From assembly GCF_026571515.1 (NCBI RefSeq), contig NW_026854958.1, positions 62,001-126,000 on the forward strand: a DNA stretch of 64,000 bases, read 5' to 3'. The DNA is from Ruditapes philippinarum. Taxonomy: Eukaryota. A program made the translations under genes and the position numbers. The notes beneath the pieces are model-generated. The model was not told where the DNA came from, ran no database searches, and worked only from the letters and a program-made list of their open reading frames with translations. Numbering within the stretch: position 1 is the first letter of the stretch; every line of letters starts with the position of its first letter. Positions 52,823 through 64,000 of the stretch are shown here, piece after piece.

Positions 52823-53374
52823 AGACATTGATTTTTGACATTATTATGTTTTACAATTAATAAAGCACGATATATATGTCATCAGTGAAAATAACAATAT
52901 CAAAAGTTGAAAACTTTTTTAAATTATGCAACTTTACACTTCAATAATAAAATGTCTGTCTTTATATATGTAATAAGAATTCAGAGGAAATCAACGCGTT
53001 ATTACTGAAATATGTACAGTAATAATATTCATCAATATTACATATTAATTCATTAATGTGTATTATTCTGATTATTTTTTTATGACATCTTATGATATTT
53101 TGAAATTTTTCTCCCACATTCACAGCAACCATTTACTAGTTGCTAACATTTCTATACAATGAACAAAGATAGCATGTATCTCATCTAAAATTCTGCCATT
53201 ACAATGAAATCAGCTATTCTAACATACATCAATATATTCAAAGCGACCAGTTTTTAGATCTATCGGTACAACGTACATGAATTTGACAAAAATCAATGTG
53301 CTAAATGTATATTTCCTTCAACATAGCGTTTTGTTTTAAAATAAAAATTGTATAGCTTTGTAGAGTGTAAAGTG

Positions 53375-54078
53375 TATGATGAATAATGAACTTTGTATGA
53401 AAAATGTTATGTGTCTTTTGTATGTATCTTTTGTCTTATAAATGATGAAATTTTTATTCCAACTTTAATGTATCTTTTGTATTATAAATGATGAACTTTG
53501 TATTACAAATGTACTGCATCTTTTGCATTATAAATGATGAACTTTTTATTACAAATGTAATATATCTTTTGTATTATAAATGATGACCTTTGTATTACAA
53601 ATGTAATATATCTTTTGTATTATAAATGATGAACTTTGTATTACAAATGTAATATATCTTTTGTATTATAAATGATGAAATTTGTATTACAAATGTAATG
53701 TATCTTTTGTATTATAAATGATGAATTTTGTATTACAAATGTAATGTATATTTTGTATTATAAATGATGAACTTTGTATTACAAATGTAATGTATCTTTT
53801 GTGTTATAAATGATGAACTTTGTATTACAAATATGATGCATCTTTTGTTTTATAAATGATGATGAAATTTGTATTACAAATGTAATGTATCTTTTGTATT
53901 ATAAATGATGCACTTTGTATTACAAATGTAATGTATATTTTGTATTATAAATGATGAACTTTGTACTACAAATGTAATGCATCTTTTGTATTATAAATGA
54001 TGAACTTTGTTTTACAATTGTAATGTATCTTTTGTATTATAAATGATGAACTTAGTATTACAAATATAATGTATCTCA
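53375..54078. repeat. 46-bp minisatellite, ~15 copies
   Basis: Read directly. Confidence 0.93.
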
Positions 54079-54269
54079 ATGTTAGTATTAGTCAAAATAA
54101 ATTTACTATTATGTTTATTTTCCTTGTTTATATTTCGATTTATACGTTAATTAGACCCACCATTGATACCAATACAATTTATTTACTTTTTACAGTCATT
54201 CACAATGTACCTCACCTCTGGCATGTACAAAAGATATCAGCTCCTTGCGAAAGTAACGAAAGGACCAGT

Positions 54270-54656
54270 AGGGGCATTTCAACTTGAAATTCCCGATTTC
54301 ATCTTCATAAATAATTTCCCGAATTCTAATTCACGAAGTCACGATTTTAACTTCATGAATTCCCGATTTCAACTTCTCGAATACACCTTCATGAATTCAT
54401 GATTTCAACTTCATGAATTCATGATTTAAAGTTCATGAATTCACGATTTAAACTTTACGAATTCACAATTTCAAAATTCAGCTTCTAGAATTCACGATAA
54501 CAGCAGTTTACTTCGTGAAGTTGAAATCTTGAATTCGTGAAGTTGAAATAGTGAATTCACGAAGGTGAATTGGAGAATTTGAAATCAAAGGTGAATTCGA
54601 GAAGTTTAAATCGTGTATTCATGACGTTGAAATCGTGAATTCGTGAAGTTAAAATC
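54270..54656. repeat. Foldback-like tandem/inverted repeat abutting the exon-1 donor
   Basis: Same motif as 1968-2347. Confidence 0.7.
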
Positions 54657-57254
54657 AAGAATCACCCAGTCTGTTCAAGCCGTGACTGTAGTGGCCCCTG
54701 TATTCTGCAGATACCAGAAGATCAGCCAGGGATGATCCATATTCTTCTGAGATCCCAACTGCTTTCATACACTTCACAACAAACGCGTGAAACTCGTGCA
54801 GGGAACAATTGATCCTTCTGACGTCATTGTGATATAAACTGAGGAATGAAACAAAGTTAAATTTGAATTGATTGAAATTAAGGGCAAACACTGAAGATCA
54901 TTCTTTTCATCTTTCATCTTTCATTTTATTTTAAATATTGCTATGCTCTTCTTAATTTACTGTTGCTTTTATTTTATTTTAACATAGTTACTATATTGTG
55001 TATTTGTTTTGACGTACTGTCATTGCCTGAACTTATAAAAAATAATCTTGTATCCAAGTTACGTCACGCAAACACAATATAAGGTAACATGTGCATACAC
55101 TATAACACGTGCCAGGTCGACATATTTCGTGTAAGAAATATCGAAATTGGCGTGAAAAAGCTGATTCATAGTTTTAATTCTCCAGTGCACTATGTACGCA
55201 GTAATGTGCCTGATTAAGTTTTAAAAACCCGTGCAAAATAATAAAATAAAGAAAAATAAGAAAATAGATCTTATAATTGAATTAACTATAGTCGAAACAA
55301 ATGTATAACTATGGATGCATAAAAACAAAAGCAACGTGACATTGTTTTATAATCATATAACCACGTCACAAAAATGTTCAGAAATATTCACGTGTCAATT
55401 GGGTGACAAATGTAGTCTCATCTTTATTGATAAAAGTGTGTTTCGCATTTTGTAGCGTTAAATTACTACGTTAGCTTATTATTGAAATGCACAAGAATAC
55501 ATTGAGAATATGGCCGATACTTTCATTTCACACCTTATAAAATGAAATCCAATCTCCCAATACAAATAATTATTAGATAAAATCTTCTCAAATTAGCATT
55601 TCTTCGTTTTGCCAGTCCAAAACAACCCATATCAAATCGATATTGCACTCTATCAAGCTTTTTTTTTCCGAGTCCAAAAAATCCATTTCAAATTTCTATT
55701 GTATTCCATTTAGCCTCGTTTTCATTTTCAGAGTCCACAAAAATCATATCAATTCCTTATTGTACTCAAATTATCAAAGTTCTCCCAAAGTATTAAAAAG
55801 TTGATGGTTGATGGTATATATGTCCTTCATTATGTACATGGTTAAGTACAATGCTGAATCTGTAGTACTCGTACAAAGCTGCAAAACCTATATAAGACTC
55901 CGCTCATCCAATATAGGATTGACAGCCAACAGAATTCAGTATTGTACTCAACAATGAATAATATCAACAGTCAAAACAACTCTTAAAGATCAACATTTAA
56001 ACGTTATGATATTTAGCTATTAAAACGCTGCTATTAATTAAATAATATGTTAACTAAGCATTAATTTAAACTTTAAACTATTTAATATTTTTCATAAGAA
56101 GTAAATTAATTAAAAATTAAATAAGTAGTAAATTATTATAACAGTTTTATATGTGTATGGCATCTGTATTCACATGAACCGTTTAAATATAGCTTAAAAC
56201 TAAAATGACCCTCTTATCAGTATATCAATGTGAAAATTATATTGTTAGACACGTTTTCGCTTTGAACACCGGGGGTGTTTCATCTGCATCGCTTTATATC
56301 ATGTATAATATGATTGTGTAGAACTATTAATATATCTACAACTTTGTAGATAAAATTCTTAGAGGGCGTGTGGCAAAAGCATTTATTTTTTTACATTGTT
56401 AGATAATATACGGTTAACATTCATGAACAGTTTCTTGTAAAACAACAACACTCACAACCACAACAACAACGAACAAAATCAACAACAACAACAACAAATA
56501 AAACAACAACAACAACAAAAACCAACAACAACTAAAACCGGAAAACCCAGATTTATAAAAAAAATGTGAATATTAGATCAACATAGGAAACAGAGGAATG
56601 GTTGAAATCTATAAAGTTTTTTAAATTAGGTTGTTGTTTTTGTTGTTGTTTTTCCCCCAATAGTTTCACAATGATAGATCTACCCGTACTGTATTTGTGC
56701 TCTGTTCTTATACTTCAGTTATGGAAAAGATTAATGCTGTGAACTGTTCCAGATTATGTTAGTCTTAATATTGGTGTCAGTATCATGAAACGTATCAAAA
56801 TTCATAATTTTGGCTAATTATTGCTCCGTAGAAATTGCATGTAGGTAAATTATCATCACTTTGTGAATTATATTATGCCATTGATGACTGATATTTAACA
56901 CCACATTTCTAGTGCGTGACTAACGCTGTAAGAGCTATATATTTTGTATATTTTGAACATTTTTGTAATTTACGTGTATTTTATAATTGCCGCTTTACGT
57001 ACATTTTAATTTTTTTATGAAAATTAACATGAATCTGGCAAGTTGCTTTAATTAATCTGACAGATAAAAGCCTACAGTAGGGAGTTTGTGGGCTTTCGTC
57101 TAATAAAAGCCTGGCTACAGAATGCTAATAATGAAGCACAATAAAACAAAACCGTGTTGCATACTATATTATGTTGACAGTAGATTATGACAATTTAATT
57201 GAAAAGGTATTCGTTAAATATTTAGACAAGATGGCGGTGAGTAAAAACGCGATC

Positions 57255-59142
57255 ATTGTGGTGAACTCCTTTAGTAAAATGTCAGATTTTTTCACAAGTC
57301 ATACAGGTGTTAGGCAAGGTGAAAATCTTTCGCCTGTTCTATTTTCTTTGTTTTTGAATGATTTAAACCAGTTTTTGTCACAACATTATAATGGTCTAGT
57401 TTCATTATCTTCAGTAGTAAATGATACTCTGAGTAACTTCGATGTTGAGGTTTATTTTAAATTGTACATACTACTTTATGCTGATGACACTGTAATTTTT
57501 GCTGAAACTGCAGATGAATTGCAAAAGGCACTTGATGCAATGAGTAGTTACTGTAATATGTGAGTCTCCAAGTTAATCCTGCAAAAACTAAAATTGTTGT
57601 ATTTTGTAAAAATGTACGTGGTATTCGTAATGCTCCTAATTTCATTTTTGAAGGTAATATGTTAGAAGTAGTCGACTCTTTTTCATATCTTGGCGTAAAG
57701 TTTTCGTATAATGGTAAATTTACTAAAAACAAAAGAATACTTGTTACAACAAGCTAGAAAAGCAATGTTCTCTGTAATAGTAAAGTCAAGAAGGCTGAAC
57801 CTGCCTATTAGTATGCAAATACATTTGTTTGATACAATGGTAGCACCCATTTTGTTATATGGAAGTGAAGTGTGGGGAATTGAAAATTTAGACTTGATAG
57901 ATCAATTTCAGTTAAAATTCTATAAACTTATTCTTCGGTTAAAACAAAGCACTCCTAATTGTATGCTATATGGTGAACTAGGGGTGCTACCTTTGTCTAT
58001 TCATGTTTAAGGCTCATATTTTATGTTACTGGAATAGAATTTTAAATGCTAAACCTGAGAAAATATGTCATATATTGTATAATGTTTCTTATAAGTTGTA
58101 TAGTGATGATAACAATGTAAAACTACCTTGGATCAATTATGTACACAATTTATTGGACTCTCTGGGCATGTCAAATTACTGGATGTATAATATACCTTCT
58201 TCACAGCAATTGTTCAAGAACATTGTTAAAACTAGATTGAGAGATCAATATTTTACAACAATGGCATAGTTTTGTGGCTGAGTCCAGTAAAGCCTTAATT
58301 ACAGAATGTACAAAGATTCCTTTGTTTTTGAAAATTATCTAGATACTTTGCCTTACCATTTGTCTAATGCTATTTTAAAGTTCAGATGTACGAACCATAG
58401 ATTACCTATAGAAAAGGGAGATTCTTTGGTATCCCGAGAGATGAAAGAACATGTCATTTATGTAATACAAACTCTTTAGGGGATGAATTTCATTACCTGT
58501 TTGTGTGTGACTTTTTTAAGCAGGAGCGTCGTAAATATATTTCAGTAAGATATACTAGTAATCCTAATACTTTGAAATATTCATTGCTAATGAATAGTAC
58601 AGACAAAAACGAGCTTGTTAAACTTGCTGTTTATTGCAGGAAAGTAATGCATGTTTTCAAATGATAAACGAGGTTGTGTAATATATGTATACATTTGATA
58701 GTAAATAGTATTGTGTAGTATAATATTATGTTTCTTAAGGCTAACATGTATTTTTATCACCTATGTGTTAGAAAATGGCCTCAGTGTCTGATATTGCTCA
58801 AATTTGTCTGATATTGCTCAAATTTAGTCTGATATGAATAACTTTCTGTTTATCTAGTCATAGCAAATTTGTATCAGGTCATTTGTTCATGTTATATAGC
58901 AAATTTTCCTATGTGTTAGAAATGGCTCAGTGTCTGATATTGCTCAAATTTTGTCTGATATTTCTCAAATTTAGTCTGATATGATAATTTTCTGTTTATC
59001 TAGTCATAGCAAATTTGTATCATGTCATTTGTTCATGTTATATAGCAAATTTGTATTACGTCATTTGTTCATGTTTAATATGTTGTGTTCTGATGCCTCT
59101 CAGAGGCCTAGAATTTGAAAATAAAAGTTCAAAGTTCAAGTT
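57255..59142 (+). mobile_element. 5'-truncated, frameshifted non-LTR retrotransposon (LINE; CR1/L2-group-like)
   Basis: GVRQGENLSP, LLYADD, KTKIVVF, FSYLG, PILLYGSEVWG and C-terminal CHLC...DEFHYLFVC; tail AATAAAAGTTCAAAGTTCAAGTT; ~150-bp duplication in the 3' UTR (58759-59055). Confidence 0.88.
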
Positions 59143-59892
59143 TTAGTTATTATTGTGATTTTTGCTAAAAATTGATATCAAAATCTCATGTTTAAATGTT
59201 AGATATATGATAAATAATACGACTAAAAATGTGTAAAATATTTTTTGAAAACAAATTTAGGTTTTATATATATGCGCACATTTATTTACCGGTCTTGAGT
59301 AGACGTGTACTCGGATATGTTTTGAAATCATCCGAACGATCCTTTGTGGTCACATTAAAATCTATGCTGTATAAATGAAGAACATTTCTGTGTTAAATAT
59401 CTTTCGCGACTCATTGTTAACTTTATATAGGTCATGTTTATTGCCAATTTATTAACTTGCTAAGTACTTGCTTTGTGTTTGTGTGTTTCTTTCTTCACAA
59501 AATACACTGATTGACAGTTTCCGAACTAGCAGATGACAGGCTACTCTAATTAGTAGAAATGCAAGTAAAGATAACTGGCTGTGTATCTCACTGTATATAA
59601 CATATGTAAAATGGTCTGACTTGTGGTAGGTTTAACCGTAAATTTGAATACCTTTTGTGTCTAACAATGTGTTGATATAATATAACAGAAGGCTTTCACA
59701 TTTCAAAAAAAGGAGAATGCAAATCTAAAACATAAGGTATATAGTACAGATGTATATACAAGTAATCAATTCCCAGGTTACTATATGTTTAATACGATCC
59801 CGGATCCCGGCTTTTCTATAGTATAGGCAATTCCAGGGATTTTCCCCCCCACCTAAGCATTGTAAGTAAGAAATGTATGTATGAGCCTTAGG

Positions 59893-60682
59893 TAATTAAG
59901 TCGGTATGACTAAATACCGAATATGAACTCATATTCGCGAATATGAATTCATGTTCGCGAATATGAACGGGAGTACCGAATATGAATTTTATGTTCATAA
60001 AAAACAGCTGTTTTGGGATATTTTTCGTCCACAGAGAATATATAATATCATTTTCTTGTATCATGTCTTTGAATGAAAGAAAATAAATTTATATCTGACT
60101 TTAATTTGTTATAAATATTGTGACCAGAACGGTAGGCCTATCCGAATATTAACAAGAATAACGAAGATGAACATTAGGCCTATTGTTTATAATCTTCTAA
60201 AAGTATAGAAAAGAAAGTTAAAAGTTAAAATTATATATGTTATGTTAATATTTGCTTTATTCAACTTTATTTAGTCACCACGGCCAGAACGACGTACAGT
60301 ATATATACATGTATATACATGTATATGTGAATACGAGGTTGTTGTTTTTTCTTTTATTTTTTTTTTTACCCCTATTGTTAATTATTCGGTTACTAATAAA
60401 AGTCTGAAAGAAAGAAACCTTGATTAAACATGGATGACAATTTATATTTGCTAGGTTAATTGCAAGTTATCGCACCTTATAGAGATATGTAATTCATATT
60501 CGTTCACGAATATACCGAATATGAATTTTAAATATACAGTAACTCAATATGAAATTTGTTGGAAAAGTTTTGTCGATAGAGACTACCATTTACTGCATCA
60601 TATCTTTGAATAAAATTAAATGAATTTAATCGCTGGTCCCAAATATCGTGACCAGAAATGAACGAGACTACCGAATATGAAA
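59893..60682. repeat. Dispersed (T)ACCGAATATGAA motif cluster, possibly the subterminal repeats of a DNA transposon
   Basis: Motif at ~59915, 59938, 59957, 59975, 60513 and 60670. Confidence 0.4.
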
Positions 60683-62930
60683 ATTATTTCAATATATGTT
60701 CAACAATATTTCACAGAAGAGAAAAATAGACATTGTATCTTTAATATGGTATCGTACCCAAAAAGATTCCCGAAAGAGAAATTCAAAAGCAAAAATTATA
60801 TCTTTTATATATCATCATGTGGTTACAAATATTATATAGAAAGAACGAATCATCATAATTTGAACACGAGATTTTATATGAAAAAAATACCTCATCGTTT
60901 TTGTTTTTGTCACTAATAAAAGACGGAAATAGAGATTTGTTTAAACATAATCTACCGATTATATTTGCAAGATGAAATGAACTATTTTTTGTAAGTTAAT
61001 ATAGCTAGAAAGAATTCTGATATATACGAGAATACCAAATTTTAAAAAATGTAGAACTATTATTAATTGAAATATTGCTACTGCTACTGTTATTTTATAT
61101 GTAATATTGTCAACAAGACATTATTTGGGGGAAAAAACATTATTGATTGCTGAAATATTCATAAATATATATAAAGAAACAAAACATTTTCGAAATAATA
61201 AATAGCATAAGGGTTGGTCCAAAGTTAAAAAATGTCTAACTGAATATATATTTATTAACACCACTGGTGGCATTTTTATGAGAAATTGTTACATGTATAC
61301 GCTTAATAGCGACCATCAGAAAAACTTGATAGAGTTAAACATCAAAAAGATTATAAGAAGAAAGTATATAAGACAGAATAGAAAAATTATATATATAATT
61401 TATAATATGTCGACCACGGTGGTTAGGATCCAGCATATAAATATACGTCAAAGGATCCGAACATCTATATATGAGCTAGGTCCAAAGTTAAGATTTTCTT
61501 TACTATAGTTGAATATATAAAACACGTATTTCATAATGCACATATATCATATTTTACTTTTGCTGAGTGATAGACAGTACGAGAACATTTTCAAACATAA
61601 AAGGGAATACAGTCCTTAAGAAGCATATATCAGAAATAGGTCATTCATACTGTAAAATGTTTTAAATAAGCCCCCGAGAAATATTGTGACTAGGTCATAC
61701 ATTAACACACAATGTATTCAACGTACACACGTGCTATTGGAATGGTATTGTAAAACTAAGTAAATTGTTTAAGTTCAGATATTTTTGTTGTGTTTTTTTC
61801 TTCATATCAAGTATATATTGCATGGTGGCTGTGTCACCTGTCAATTTTTGCTCCATACCTTCAACATCAAACACCTTTTGATAAGAGGCTGCTGAATTTG
61901 TGTATAGAACTGTGTTACTGCCCCTTCACACCTTCGAATTGCAGTACCTGACAGGTAATCATGACATTTGTTTTTTAAGTTTTAAAAGTCTGTGTATTAT
62001 GTGAAAATTTAATTATGGCATATGATTCATTAACTGGTATACTAAAGAATGGAAGAATCCATGAATCGGTTCCATTCAATTCAAATCTACTCATTTTTGC
62101 TAGTTTTGAAATATTAGTTGAACATTCTGTAAGGCGTTCGCTAGGTTTTCCTTGGTGATTTGTTCCAAAGAGTTTTGCAAGGTTTCTAACGCATAATTGT
62201 GGGCAATGTGGCCCGCGAGGTTTTTCACCAAAAGTGTGAAGAAAATTTTCTAACATTGACTTTAAGTTGTGGTCTTCTCTAGAAATGGATTATCTCTGTA
62301 GATCTTGCAGGTCTGTGAGTGGCGACGGATTCGATTTTGACTACATGATGGGGATGCAACGTCTGACTAAGGTAACATATTTTAAATCATCTAATAGCTA
62401 AGACTTCAACTTTTCTTCTCATTGCAGCCAGGTGAATTTATGATGAAAGGGCTGCGTTCCCTTACCCTAGCGGTGTCCCATATAGAAATACCCTGAGTTA
62501 TCAAAAAATAAAAACTGACTTAACCATATCAAATAAGCTTATTTTTATGTAGAGCAAGGTCTATACAAAAAATTAGTCCATGATGATTCTAGATGAATAT
62601 TTTATAAAAGATTGGCAATGGTAACTTGTAAAGATTCTCGGTACTTTAATTAAAATACAAACCATGGGAGATTTGCGGGAGGGGCAACGGAAACAAAATT
62701 TTAAAAATATTACAAATAAAAATACTTATTGGAAATAAGATTTTTATGAATATGCATTAGTATGTGATGAATAAATGAATATTTTGTTTTCTATAAAAAT
62801 AATCTAAAAGCAATGTTTTCTTTATTAAACGCATTGTTTTATTGTAATACCGTTCATATCTCCGTTGTGCCGATGAATTTTAGTTCAACGGAGATTGATT
62901 TTTTTTTTCAAAGCTACCAAATAGTGAAAT

Positions 62931-62982
62931 TTTTTATTAGTCCCCTACCGGTTTAACCGGAGGGGACTTTAGGTTTACCCTC

Positions 62983-63014
<32 letters not shown>

Positions 63015-63996
63015 CGTCCGTCCGTCCGTCCGTCTGTCTGTCTGTCCGTCCGTCAGTCCGTCCGTCCGTCCACAAAAGTGGATCCCGCGATAACGCAAAA
63101 ACTTTATATATGGATAGATGGCAGTATGGAGATTATGCACGTCTTTTTCTTTTCTTCCTATGTTGAAAATTCTGGTTGCTATGGCAACAAATAGTCTGAA
63201 AATATGGCAAATTTAACACATAAACTGTATCCAGTGATAACTCAAAAAGTACTAAAAATATTTTTATGAAACTTAAAATATGGGTAGATGACAGTCTGCA
63301 GATTACGCACATCTTTTTCTTTTCTTTCTATGTTGAAAATTCTGGTTGCAATGGCAACAAATAGTCTGGATTTCAAGATTTCTGATTTAAATTTTTCAGC
63401 TTTTTCACTATAAGTTCTTTATTACTTAAGGTGTTTACTTCAAACTTTAAATATAAGTTTCTGGTCATCAACCACATCATATGTGACAAGGTTTACAACT
63501 CTAGCACAAAAATTATCAGTATTACCTCCCTTGAACTTAGAATTTTTATAAAAAAATGTTGTCTTTTTTAAATAACTTCTTTATTTTCTAATGTATCTAC
63601 TACAAACTTCATATATATGTTTCTTATTATCACTCAACATAATCATTTTTGAGAAGGTTAAATACTCTAGCAAGACTATTTCCAGAATTATGTCCTCCTT
63701 GAACTTAGATTTTTTTCGAGAAATTGGTATTTTTTACTCCAACTTCTTCATTCCTTATAGGATTTACTTTAAAATCCCACATCGTAATAATATGACTAGG
63801 TTGTACAAACAATATTTCCTTACTAGGAAGGGAAACTAAATAACACATTACTATGAAATAGACAAACTTAGAACTCAAAAGATTTAAGTTCATTCATGTC
63901 ATTCATTCACAGGTAAAATTAAAATCAGAATGTTGCTGGGGTTCTAACCGGTAGGGGACTTATGGATTGCTTGAAATACTATGATAATTGCTTGTT
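62931..63996 (+). mobile_element. Non-autonomous Helentron-type (pearl/DTC84/DINE-like) element
   Basis: T-rich start, subterminal inverted repeat AGTCCCCTACCGGTT (62939) / AACCGGTAGGGGACT (63946), 5' hairpin, (CTGT/CCGT)n microsatellite 62982-63070, ~180-bp internal repeats, CTTGTT end. Confidence 0.78.
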
Positions 63997-64000
63997 GAAT

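Larger units (their letters stand above)
47822..54827 (-). pseudogene. Ldh_2-family oxidoreductase, unit E, truncated pseudogene (exons 1-4 only)
   Basis: Exon 1 54827-54666 is 162 nt (-1 frameshift); exon 2 ~49625-49515 has an insertion and no donor; exon 3 ~48895-48815; exon 4 ~47883-47822 donor damaged; exons 5-10 not found. Confidence 0.9.

Noticed and set aside
53375-54078. Regular repeat arrays as CRISPR
   Set aside because: Head-to-tail units with no unique spacers, no cas genes and a eukaryotic context; this is a minisatellite.

Overview
AT-rich eukaryotic genomic DNA; the gene families and repeats point to an invertebrate, probably a bivalve mollusc (inference). Bases 1 to ~56,600 are a tandem array of at least five ~11-14 kb units. 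Each unit is a 10-coding-exon Ldh_2-family (PF02615, YjmC-like) oxidoreductase gene on the minus strand, with a RING-less TRIM-like gene (2 B-boxes, coiled coil, NHL-type beta-propeller; intronless CDS) nested antisense in the intron after the first coding exon. Decay looks reciprocal: unit B has the only apparently intact host (exons 5-6 lie in probably unpolished sequence) and a dead nested TRIM, whereas units C, D and E have dead hosts and intact or near-intact TRIMs. The TRIM paralogs differ mainly at periodic propeller-loop positions and show mosaic ancestry. A 5'-truncated Penelope-like (Naiad-type) retroelement at 14927-17617 has one 661-codon frame broken only by four TGA codons and carries a SECIS-like hairpin, so it is probably a selenocysteine-encoding reverse transcriptase. 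The window also contains a mariner fragment, a LINE, SINEs, TTAA MITEs, a Helentron-type element, mini- and microsatellites and three N gaps.
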